NCBI GenBank assembly: GCA_030704615.1
Contig: CM060733.1
Coordinates: forward strand, 31,186,001 to 31,250,000
Origin: Takakia lepidozioides
Lineage: Eukaryota > Plantae > Bryophyta
Direction of reading: 5' to 3'
DNA: 64,000 nucleotides
Under the pieces are notes generated by a model, which saw nothing but the letters and a program-made list of their open reading frames with translations, was not told the origin of the DNA and did no database searches. The position numbers and the translations under genes are program-made. Shown here piece by piece: positions 26,498-37,986 of this stretch; position 1 is the stretch's first letter, and the number at the start of each line of letters is the position of its first letter.

Positions 26498-26605
26498 GGG
26501 TAATGCCCTGAGTGGAGGGCATTCCCGGATTTGAGGGCCTCACGCCGAGGGCGGTAGCCCGAGGGGAAGGCAATCCGGGAATGCCCTCCACTCAGGGCAT
26601 TACCC
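26498..26605. repeat. 108-bp foldback with perfect 34-bp arms
   Basis: gggtaatgccctgagtggagggcattcccggatt (26498-26531) and its reverse complement (26572-26605). Confidence 0.9.
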
Positions 26606-28462
26606 GTAAAGAACTGCCACAAAATTTAAAAAAAAATTAATGCCCGGTGCATTCTGCATTTCGGAATGCACCCGAATTTTCTTTGTATGTATCGTGCAGT
26701 TAAAAAGCAGAATTCACCGCGGTGCATTCTGCATTTCCGACGATACATACATACAAAGAAAATTTGGTGGCAGTGCTTTACGCACACATAACTGCCATTC
26801 ATTGCCACTCACTTAATACTCCGGACAGCTCCACTGATCATGGCGCACGAGGCTCACGAGACAGTCCGGACTGGAGCTGCCAGTCCCATACAAACTAGAT
26901 TCACCCTCCTTAATTTTTTCACAGTTCAATGATAAACTTCCGTTATTTGTGAGGCTTCCCTCTATCAAAATAAAATGTGGGTATAAGTGTTGAAAGACTA
27001 TGGTGGAGACTGGACTCATGACGACCCACTGCTGAAAAGGATTATTATGCTGTTTGCTTAGGGCTTTGAAACCCCATTACTACTTCTTACCTCGCAGGGG
27101 AGACATCTTTCCTCGAGTAAGTCCGAGGGCCATATAATGGGGAGCCCTGTCGGAGCCCTGTACGGTTGCCTTTCTCCAAAAGAGACCAGAAAACCAAAAA
27201 AGAGATGTCTGTTAACATGTCAGCTAACCCTTCCGAACTGGTTAGCTGAGACTGACCGCGAGACTTTCGAGATTCAAGCCTGGTAAACAGTATGTTCGAG
27301 ATCTAGACTCTAGAGACTCTCATAAGAGGCTGCACTGCAGCGCAGCGCTGTGGCTAGTCCAAGTGCACGGATATAAGAGTCTGGATCAACGTCCGGGAAA
27401 TAATTTGAGTTGAACCAGCCAGTAGCCGCTCATTCCCAGCAGCAATCGGCTAGGTGGGTTGGGCAGTCGGCTGCTGCCCCTCAGCGGTAACTATACCCGG
27501 TCAATTTCCGAGATAAATTCTTTACAACCGGTAATATTCAGCTATAAATCCTGCCCTTATAAATATCAACCGGTTGACAACACAAGTGTCAAATGCACTA
27601 CAATAAGTAAATAATAATAATAATAAATAGTCACAACCAGTTTTAAGCAATTCAAACAAGTGAAGAATATTGTATCCTTATAGAAGGTGGACCTGCCAAT
27701 GCCCTCAAACCACATGGAGGCCAAGAATTTGAACCCGCGTGGACAGGTGAGCTGTGATAGCATGCAGCGAGTGCAAGCAGGCCTGGGGCTGGGGGCTCCG
27801 AGAGCAACGTCCAGACTTAGTGCCCGCCCTCGAGTTCAATATTTTTTCACCTAGATGACCTTCCTCGGATGTAACCCGGCCTGGCACGTTGGATTTCTGC
27901 CATGTGGCGGACTTCGACGGCCATTTCCGTTTTTTGTAATATAAGAAGGGCCGGAATCCGTCCAGGCCTTGCCAACTAAGGCAGATTTCCTGTCTGTAAT
28001 GAAATGGAAAGGCAAATATCCTTCCTAAAAGTAGGGCACCCGGTTGATTTCCGCTTCGGCCATTTTTTCCCTCGGATCTATTTCCTGAGGTTTCATATTT
28101 CATTCAGAAATTCTGGAATTCAGTCGGCTAGCATGGCTGCCGGTTCTCCCTGGACGTTGGTCTGGATCTACTTACACCCACTTCCCAACCTGTAATCCAC
28201 CCATTAGCTTCTGGTTACGTTAATGCGGGGTCCTTGAAGAATGTGTTGGTGAGCAACCCAGATTTATGAACTCATGTGTCATTCATAATGGCGCCAACTC
28301 CTATCAATTGTGTTCTCATGGACTTCCATCACTCAAGCCACTCCCAAGTGGACAGTTGGTCCGGACTCCGGAATTAGGTATTGAATCACATAGAATCATT
28401 GTAGGGCTATCTTTGAACGCTCAGTGGCCGCATGCCCCGCATGCCCCAGTGACAAACACTTA

Positions 28463-29183
28463 CTGTCCCTGGACAACCGTTTAGGCATTTTTGCGCCTAA
28501 TAATAAAATCAATCAGTCATAAAATTAGGCATGTTTTGAAATAATTTCTCAAATTAGGCATCTTTATGCTATAATTTTTTAGAATTAGGCACATGAGAAG
28601 ATAAAACATTTATTTTCTTAAGAATAAAATTACAAAATAGACACCCAATGCCCATGGCCCCTTCCAGGCTCCAGCTACCTTTCATTTCCTTTGAAACCCT
28701 AAAAATGCCCCTCTTTGTTGTACGTGGTGCTCCAAGGCTCAAGCTGGTACAGGCAAGCTCTCCCTTCGCTCTCACACTTTAGGTGAGTTCAATATTGATA
28801 GTCCACACTAGTGTAGGCACGTTGGTTAGGTACAAGGCTTTGGTACATTGGGTACACTTGGTCATTGGGTAGACTGGTTTTCGTATTGGTATGCCGGTGC
28901 ATGGTGAAACCTCTTACATAATGGTACTCTTGAGTTGTGGTAGGCTGGTAGGCTAGTTATTTCCGCACGCATATATTTGTATTGATTTTTGTTCAAAGAA
29001 ATTTTGATCTTATTGCAAACAACATGAGAAGAGGCTTGAAAGTTTTTTGGTGGAATTTTTGGGCATTAGGTACTTTGGTCCCATAATTTCCCAACAATTA
29101 GGCCAAAATCTGAAAAATTCACAGAATTGATTAGGCACTTTCATTTTGAATTAATTATCGCGTAAATGGTTGTCCAGGGACGG
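28463..29183. mobile_element. Tc1/mariner-type MITE
   Basis: 24-bp TIRs (ctgtccctggacaaccgtttaggc versus the reverse complement of gcgtaaatggttgtccagggacgg, 21/24 identical) with TA on both sides. Confidence 0.8.
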
Positions 29184-29258
29184 TATACCAAGAGTTTGAA
29201 ATTAGAAGATGGCCTCTCAGCTACACACATTTACAGTAGGGGCCCATAAACTTGAATC

Positions 29259-31710
29259 TATCGTGCGCATACATATCGCTACACAACTACATCGTTGTCC
29301 AAAACCACACAACACATGTGCACACCACACACTAGTATACCACTAGTCCACCACTAGTCCAACCACTAGTCCAACCACTAGGCTACAACTAGTCAGTCAC
29401 TAGGCTGCCACTATGCTGCCCACTATGGCAGTCACTAGTCCACACAATCGCCCCCCTAGCTGGTGCTTAGGTCCCTCTAAGTCCAGGTAACCACAAGATG
29501 TGATAGTGACCATAATCTCACTAAGTCCTCCACCACTATCCCTACTACACTCAAACTCGATAGATCAAGAGGCCGGGTGCAAGAGTTGCCCCATCGTTAG
29601 TCGCTGTCTTGCAACCTGTGAACTTGAGCTTGGGATCTCATGTATTGACTCCTATGAGCTTGGCCTCCCATGTCTTGTTAGCTGCCTCCAGTCATGTCCA
29701 CTGCCACTATCCCAAGCAGTGTGGGACACAACCAATCTCCGTCAGGAACCTTCTCAAGAGGTGGTGTCAAGCATCCCATATGCCAACCCCTTGAGCATCG
29801 ATCACACACCAGCATGGTGGCTGTTCCTTTGGCAGACCCACAGAGCATGCACCTCAAACCTGTAGATACCACTGCCAAGTTTGGGTCAACTCTATCATCG
29901 ACATTGGGAAGGTGACATGACGCACAATCACGCACATGGTCCTTCCAAGTCAAGCCATCCCGACCCTCCAAGATCAGGACCCCTGAGGGCAACACCTCTC
30001 GAACCCTCAGAATAACACGCCCTGCAGTAACATCCAGAGTCGTAGGAGCAGTCTGCTGCAAATAAACATAGTCACCAGGGCTAAACCTCCGAACCTCAGG
30101 ACGATATCCTCCACCACGTATAGTGGCATACCTCAATGTATCACGATGCTGTGCAATGGCAAGGTTCTCAAAAGCCATGGGCATGACTTTCTTGAACAAC
30201 TCTGCACGCTGATCACATGCACGTACCCACACGTCCGGATCATCAAGGTTAAGGACTTAAGCAGTGTCCGTACGAATGGCTGCTGGCAAATCTGGTTCTC
30301 GGCCAAAGAGAAGGAAATATGGTGAGAAAGAGGCAAGTGATGCTTGCTTGCTAAACCTGTAGCCCATGGCTAGCCAAGGTACCTGAAGATCCCAATGTCC
30401 TAGGTGTCCTTTTTGCAAGCCATACTTGCGCAAATCCCTCTTCACCGTCTGCACCACTCTCTCTGCCAAGCCATCGGCCTCAAGATGATTCCGAGAAGTG
30501 GTACGGTGGTCTATCAAGGCTTTATCACACAAAGCCTGAAACTCCCCCAAGAACTTTTTCCCTTGGTCCGTGAGTACCTCAGCTGGAGCACCGAATCGGC
30601 TAAGCACACGATCCAGTAATGCATACGCAACCCCCTCACCAGCCTTGTCAGGCAATGGAACCAACTCAATCCACTTGGCAAAGGATGCAACTGTGGTGTA
30701 GGGGCGTTGAATGAAGCACGCACCCTGTCACACACCATACACCTAGCCACGAACTGTTGTACCTCTGTATGCATACCACGCCACCAATACTGCCCCTGCA
30801 GTAAACTATGAGTGCGTCGCACTCCAAAATGCCCCAACTCCTCATGGGCATGCCGCACTAACCGTGCACGCTGTGTTGGGTAAGGCACGATCCTCACCCG
30901 ACCATCCTCCCACACTCGAAGCAGGTGTATCCCCTCCCACTTGAACCTCTTGGGTCGTTGTAGGATCCGATCCCTCTCCTTGGCAGTCACAGTGGCTGCC
31001 ATGTCTCCAGTACGAAGGTAGTCCAACACAACTGAATCCTCATGTATATCTCTGGCACCACCTGTCTGATCACTAGCCTCAGGGTCCTCAAAACTCCGTC
31101 TACAGTCATCCCTGTTGTAGGTCCAACCTGACCTCCCGATGCCAAGATACACAAAAAGGCAGGTGCATGTCATCCCGGCACCATCTCCTCATCCGTCTCA
31201 CCATGCCACCGAGCTCCAGTGTCATCCTGCTGGCTCGTGCATGGATTGCGACTCAATCCATCCGCATCCCTATTGACCAAACCCGGTCGATGCAAAACCT
31301 AAACACATCTATCATGCTCCTCCACCGTAGCGCGAGAGGCAAAGCAATTCCTGTAAGCCTCAGGAACTGTCGTATACGTCGTCTTTCTCCTCTAGTGACA
31401 ATAGGTCCAATGTCAAGCTCCCAATTGCCCTTCGTAACTGCAACCTTAAGTCCAGCAGACTTAGAGGTAGAGGACGCGTCCCGTGGTTGCTATGCCGCAA
31501 CCTCTTGAGCAGTATTCTCTGCCTGCTCAGTCAATGACAAGGCCTCATCCTGCCCCATCATCTCATCCTTGAGGACCTCCTCAACCCGAGAAGAATCCCC
31601 AACCTCATCCATCACAGCCGCCTTGGCTGTCAACTCCCTCTGAACCTCGAGCACCTCCCACGTATGCCATGGATGTCTACACCTTGTGGTCCTCACATGC
31701 TCGCCCCCAT
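29259..31710 (-). mobile_element. 3' part of a DNMT-Gypsy copy (DNMT tail, RT/RH deleted, integrase, PHD, 3' terminus)
   Basis: Peptides match 43950-47275, including CMLCGSAKGTATMLVCDRCSRGWHMGCLTPPL. The minus strand ends GCGCACGATA at 29259. Confidence 0.93.
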
Positions 31711-31711
31711 C

Positions 31712-32003
31712 TTTCTCGAGTGATAAAGAAGAAGAATACAAGCGCGAGCTCACAAATCTGAAGCATAAACTCATGCATATATAACCTCATCAATCAAATA
31801 CAAGTCAAGCCAAGTGCACCCCACGCCATGGGGAATCCGCACTACGGCGCCATAGCTAGGTGCGGTGAGGCTCAACTCGAGAAAAATGAGCCTCCCACGC
31901 TTGCCGTGAAGATAACACCTCCAAGGCCTAAATCTACCTTGACCCCTGGATTGACACTTGGGCCAATCCCAAATATCAATATATGAAAGCTACCTATTCC
32001 TAG
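31712..32003 (-). mobile_element. Subterminal 5' fragment of the DNMT-Gypsy family
   Basis: Near-identical to about 19335-19638. Confidence 0.85.
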
Positions 32004-35000
32004 GAGTCAGTTTCCTATAGGCTTGGATGGCAGTCAGGGGAGGGCCGGCATGTGCAGCTCCCTGCGACGTTCATAGGAGGAGTTTGCGGTTGCCCAGCGA
32101 GGCAAGATGCCGACACTAGCAGCATTCACAATGGCAGTGAGTTGGCCTGGAGAGTTGCTTGAGGGCAACGCTCATTCAGAGGATGTGCCACCTCCGGGAG
32201 AGCAGGATGACATGTATGGTATGGCGGAGTTGCCTACAATGGTTGCTCAGACGCCATTGTGGGGCACGAGCAAGGATTTGCAGTGGGATGCTGATCGACG
32301 AGTGCAGCAAGCCTGGGTAGAGGCTTTTGTACTGTCAGGAGAGGAGAGTGCGGGGATTGCACCAGGACCACCTCAATTGTCTCTATTGGACACCACACCT
32401 ATTGTGTGGCAGTATCCGGATGACGGCATTGTCTCTGGACTTGTAGGGGTCGGGATCGCACCGGGATTGTTGTTGTATTACAGGCAGATGTACGAGTTTG
32501 GCGTTACCTGTATATGGAGAGGGATGAGACTGCACGACGCGTTTCACTTCGCCATGTTGCTCAGTTGGTGCAGCGGTATCCTGAGTTGTTGCCAGTGTCT
32601 ACAGTTCGTGGATATCAGCAGGCCTTTCCAGCAGACATTTTCGTTGCTGGGGGCGCAGGCTAGTGATTGGAGCGGGTTGGCTCCATTGATCTGGTAGTGG
32701 CAGGTTGGCCCTGCCAAGGGCATTCAGCAGCCGGGCCATCCATAGCCATAGCAATGGATTGCGCGACTCGAGGTCGGGTCTGTTTGGGAGATGGTGCGGG
32801 TTTTGCGCACTTGCAGCTCATCAAGCTGTATCTCCAAACAACATCTTGGAACATGTGCCACTGATGGGCGATTCTCGGGCCAGGGTGATGACCAGTGTGC
32901 ATCAAGTCCGGTCGTGGCTTGGGTCAGCAGTGTTGCTAGATGCAGCTCACAGTGGGTCACGGGCTCATCGTCCACGGCTATGGTGGACAACTCGATGCCA
33001 CCCGCACTGCTCAAGCGTGCATTGATGGGGCTGCAGCGGCCAGCACATCTCACAGTGGAATGCATTTTTGACACAGGGAGGCAGTCTCAGCGTGTGAAAC
33101 ACGATGACCGTTCGCCTTTGGCAGTGGTCAACAAAGTGGGTCAACCACGAGCAACATTACCTACACTGTTCAGTTTCCCAGGATCGAATTATGCTTTCCA
33201 GGATAGTGGACCTGGCCTCCTGTGGGATGTCTCAGTTGCAGCAGTTAGTGGAGCCTAATGCTGACGAGCGTGAACGGGCGATGGGTTTTACCATTGGTAC
33301 CACGGCGGGGTGTCGTCTCTTTCTGAGGCATCACATCGTCAGGTGTTGGGGCAAGCAATGGATCTCAATTGCTTGACCTGATTATCAGCTTGGCATGGCT
33401 GAACAACGCAGAGTGCAGAGACACTTCCCTCGATGGTCTCTTTGTCTACCGAGCCGGTACAGGCAGTGAGTGGGGGCAAGTATGTGAGGACCACGGGGTG
33501 CAGGCATCCATGGCACACGTGGGAGGTGCTCGAGGTTCAGAGGGAGTTGGCAGCCAAGGCGGCTGTGATGGATGAGGTTGGGGATTCTTCTCGGGTTGAG
33601 GAGGTCCTCAAGGATGAGATGATGGGGCAGGATGAGGCCTTGTCATTGACCGAGCAGGCAGGGAGTACTGCTCAAGAGGTTGCGGCATAGCAACACGGGA
33701 CGCGTCTCTACCTCTAAGTCTGCTGGACTTTAAGGTTGCAGTTACGAAGGGCAATTGGGAGCCTGACATTGGACCTAATGTCACTAGAGAAGAGGGACGA
33801 CGTATACGGTGGTTCCTAAGGCTTACAGGAATTGCTTTGCCTCTCGTGCTACGGTGGAGGAGCATGAGAGACATGTTCAGGTTGTGCATCGACCGGGTTT
33901 GGTCATAGGGATGCGGATGGATTGAGTCGCAATCCATGCATGAGCCAGCAAGATGACACTGGAGCTCGGTGGCATGGTGAGTGAGATGGACGAGGAGATG
34001 GTGTCGGGAGGATGCATGCATATGCCTTTTTGTGTATCTTGGCATCGGGAGGTCAGGTTGGACCTACAACAGGGATGACTGTAGACGGAGTGTCTGAGGA
34101 CCCTGAGGCTATTGATGAGCCAGGTGGTGCCAGAGATATACATGAGGATTCGGTTGTGTTGGACTACCTCCGCACTGGAGACACGGCAGCTAGTGTGACT
34201 GTCAAGGAGAGGGATTGGATCCTACAACGAGCCAAGAGGTTCAAGTGGGAGGGGATACAACTGCTTCGAGGTGTGACGCACTCACAGTTTACTGCAGGGG
34301 CAGTATTGGTGGCGTGGTATGCATACAGAGGTGCAACAGTTTGTGGCTAGGTGCATGGTGTGTGGTGGAGTCTTGACTTTGCAGGACTGTTGCCACTGAC
34401 TACGCGCCACCACAGATATGTGTTGGTGATGGTGGAGCACTTCTCAAAGTGGATTGAGTTGGTTCCATTGCCTGACAAGGCTAGTGAGGGGGCTGCGTAT
34501 GCATTCTTGGATCGTGTGCTTAGCCGATTTGGCGCTCCAGCTGAGATACTCACAGACCAAGGGAGAGAGTTCTTGGGGGAGTTTCAGGCTTTGTGTGATA
34601 AAGCCTTGATAGACCACCGCACCACTTCTCGGGATCATCCTGAGGCTGATGGCTTGGCAGAGAGAGTTGTTCAGACTGTGAAGAGGGGTTTACGCAAGTA
34701 TGGCTTGTAGAAATGACACATAGGAGATTGGGATCTTCAGGTGCCTTGGTTAGCCTATGGGCTGCAGGTTCAACAACAGCATCACTTGCATCTTTCTCAC
34801 CATATTTCCTCTCTTTGGCCGAGAGCCGGATTTGCCTGCAGCCATTCGTAGGGACACTGCTCACGTCCTTAACCTGATGATCCGGACGTGTGGGTACGTG
34901 CTGTGATCAGCGTGCAGAGTTGTTCAAGAAAGTCATTGCCCATGGTTTTGAGAACCTTGTCATTGCACAACACCGTGATACGTTGAGGGTATGCCACTAT

Positions 35001-35260
35001 ACGTGGTGGAGGATATCGTCCTGGGGTTCGGAGGTTTAGCCCTGGTGACTATGTTTTTTTGCAGCAGACTGCTCCTACGACTCTGGATATTACTGCAGGG
35101 CGTGTTATTCTGAGGATTCGAGAGGTGTTGCCCTCAGGAATTCTGATCTTGGAGGGTCGGGATGGCACGACTTGGAAAGACCATGTGCGTAATTGTGCGT
35201 CATGTCACCTTCCCAATGTCAATGGCAGAGTTGACCCAAACTTGGCAGTGGTACCTGCAA
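32004..35260 (+). pseudogene. Degenerate DNMT-Gypsy fragment: PR end, DNMT, RT/RH deleted, integrase
   Basis: MPTLAAFT..., IDLVVAGWPCQGHS, RAHRPRLWW and WSLDFAG...ILTDQGREF...DGLAERVV, with many indels. Confidence 0.92.
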
Positions 35261-35262
35261 GT

Positions 35263-35381
35263 TCACATACTCGCCCCCACTCACTGCCTGTACCGGCTCG
35301 GTAGACAAAGAGACCATCGAGGGAAGTGTACTCCGCACTCTGCGTTGCTCAGCCATAGCCAAGCTGATAATCCAGGTCAAG
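35263..35381 (-). pseudogene. Displaced DNMT C-terminal piece
   Basis: Reverse complement is homologous to about 43835-43953 and continues the fragment that ends at 15086. Confidence 0.85.
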
Positions 35382-35880
35382 TGACTTACTCGGCCGGATG
35401 TACCCCTTTGATATTAGATCCTTGAGCTGAGTCTTCAACACGACCAACTCTCTGTGGCTCAACCGGTAGGGCGCCTTGGCAGGCGGTTCCGATCCCGGTA
35501 TCACCTCAATCTTGTGGTCAACTCCTCTTCGCGGTGGCAAGCCGCTTGGCAAAATCCTCCGGCATCACATCATGGTATTTCTCCAAAATCCCTTGATCCA
35601 ATCTGGGCTCGCTCTCCATCGCCTTCTCCCTTCACTTCTCTAATGTAAAGCAAAAATGGGGGCTCGTGTGCCTCCTCCACGGCCCACTCCCTTGCTGACA
35701 GAAGGTTTATTCGCCCTCCCACGAGTTTGGGCGTTTCCGAAACTCGTAAGACCTCGCCACCATTCCAACATGGCAGCGTGACTATCCTCTTGCGGCCATC
35801 TATGACCGCTCCGGATTTGCTCAAAAAGGTCATCCCCAAAATGAGATCCACTCCATCGATCTCGCAGACGGTGAAGCTTC
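35382..35880 (-). pseudogene. Chromovirus protease C-terminus and RT N-terminal linker
   Basis: VDLILGMTFL and LPPRRGVDHKIEVIPGSEPPAKAPYRLS...ISKGYIRPSKS, which would continue into PVLF at 14722. Confidence 0.9.
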
Positions 35881-37659
35881 CTCTCTATCGGTTCTGATGG
35901 TTTCTATGGCACCTTTTAGCTAAGTCTTAGAAGCGCTAGCTTGTCTTCTGCCTTCGGTGTTTCTATGTGTTTTATATTCTTATTTCATCTCGCATTAGTG
36001 TCTCAAGTGTGCCGCTTTACTCCTGTGCGCCTGTCTTCCCTATAGAATGTACATTCCAGAGTAGTGCTCCTACGAGGTCTGGGCTTTGGGTTTGTTGGTC
36101 GAGGCAGGTGGCAGCTAATTTACGGAGGAAGTCATTGCAGATGAGCCCGACTTATCTTCAAAGGATTTTTGTGTTGGTTACAAGTGTGTAGAGTTTCTTC
36201 GGTTTGGGTGGTGTCTGTGAGCAGATACTCAGCGCGATCAGTTGCAGGGCCATCTATTTGAATTCTCAAAGAAGGCTTCTTCAAGCCTGTCCTATCCTCT
36301 CGGTTCTGCAATTATCATCCCCTCAATTCCAAGTCTCTAACCTTGGGTTTGGCTGCTTCCTGCTTTTGCTTGTGCGCTCTCTCCTTGGCTCGTAGTCTCA
36401 CTCGCAGTTTTTCCTCTTTCGTATTTAGTGTTATTTGGTGACATTCCCCGTTAGGAATTCCGCGCTTCCTATGTTGGTCTTGGTTAGAGAGTCAAGTTGG
36501 TTTCCGGTGATTTTTTTTCTCTATCTCTAGAGTTACGATGACGTTCCGGGGCAGCACCAGTGGTAGACGAGGACGCGGGAGAGCCCTGCTTCCTGTCAAG
36601 TTAAATAAGCACAGTGTGAAACTAACTAGAATAAAGCTAGTTATTTGTATTTAACACTTGGATTTAGGTCAAGTGTTAAATCAGGTGTCAAGTTTAGTTT
36701 GACACCTGAACCGTCTTATCTTCACGAGAGCGTCAGTCGCGCGGCTCATCTCTCTCGAGTTGAGCCTGCGCGACCGAGCTCCTTCATCGTTTAGAACTGA
36801 GTGTACTTATGATGGGAGGATAGGTTGTTGTGGGGTGGAGTCCCCATAGCTTGGGGTGCCCCTGGCTCGACTATTATCTGAAAGAGTGATGATGAGATGG
36901 ATTTCATGTTTCTTGTGTTAAGAGTGTGTTCTTAGCTTTCTTATCACTCGAGAGAGATCACCTGTCTAGTTTTTTTTCTTGTACTGCTAAGCTAGATAGA
37001 GTTCTTTTATGTTAGCACTATGTCGATGGTCGAGGTGAAGAGAGCGGCATGCTTGATGACAACGTAGTTCTCCAACTCGTCATAAGCCATACCAATCTCG
37101 TCCAAGAAGCGGTTTCCGTTTTGTTGTTGTTGCACAGGAGCAATGTATTTTGGAGGAAGTTGATTCGGGGCAGCAGAAGAATGTGTTCACCATAGCTATA
37201 AGGGGAAGACGGGATTCCACGCTTGCAAGCTACCTGCGGAAGCAAGCTGTGATCTAGTTCGAGTGCGAGGTTCTGAAGACAGACCTCGATCGCAATGATC
37301 TTGTCGAAAGGCTGTGCAGGGTAAATGATCCATAGCTACTTGGACGAAGGTCCTGAAACCACTGTCGTATAGCAGCTGTATAGCAGCTGATAGGGTTTCT
37401 CTCATTGCCAGTTGTAGGAGGGTGGTAAGCGCGTGCTCCAGAGATAGCTCCCTGCCTGAGCCGGAATTCCACCAGAAGAAAAACGGTTGAAAAACTGAGC
37501 TGCATGCCATCCGTGCAGCGGGGGAGTACGGTGGCAGACACCTTGGCTTGGTGGGCAGATCACAATTGTATGTTCGAAGCGCAAACAGGCAGTAGCGTTG
37601 AAGGCCAAGCTCCCGTTCACAGTGTCCATCATGGCTGCAGGGAAAAACATCCGAAAAGC

Positions 37660-37986
37660 TCCTACACAGGGTGACATTCACTTGCGTCCTGAACGCATGT
37701 GCCAGCCTAGGAGCTATTGAAAAAGGGCAAGGAGGTACATGCTGAGATCATCAAAGCTAGAGTTGGGCCAGATATCCCTCTTGAGACTGTCCTTGCCAAC
37801 ATGTATTCCAAATACAGAAGCATGGAGGACGCATGGTGTTTGACAATATGGCTCGACAAGATGTGGTCTCATGGAGCTAAATCAGTGCAGGATATGCTCA
37901 GCATGGTTGTGATAGGGAGGCTTTTGAGATGTATGTACAAATGCAATAGGGAGGGGTGCAGCCCGACATCATAACATTCATTTGCT
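37660..37986 (+). pseudogene. PLS-class PPR fragment located inside the element leader
   Basis: VTFTCVLNACASLGAIEKGKEVHAEIIKA...NMYSKYRSMEDA / VFDNMARQDVVSW...GYAQHG...GVQPDIITFIC, with a frameshift and stops. Confidence 0.85.
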
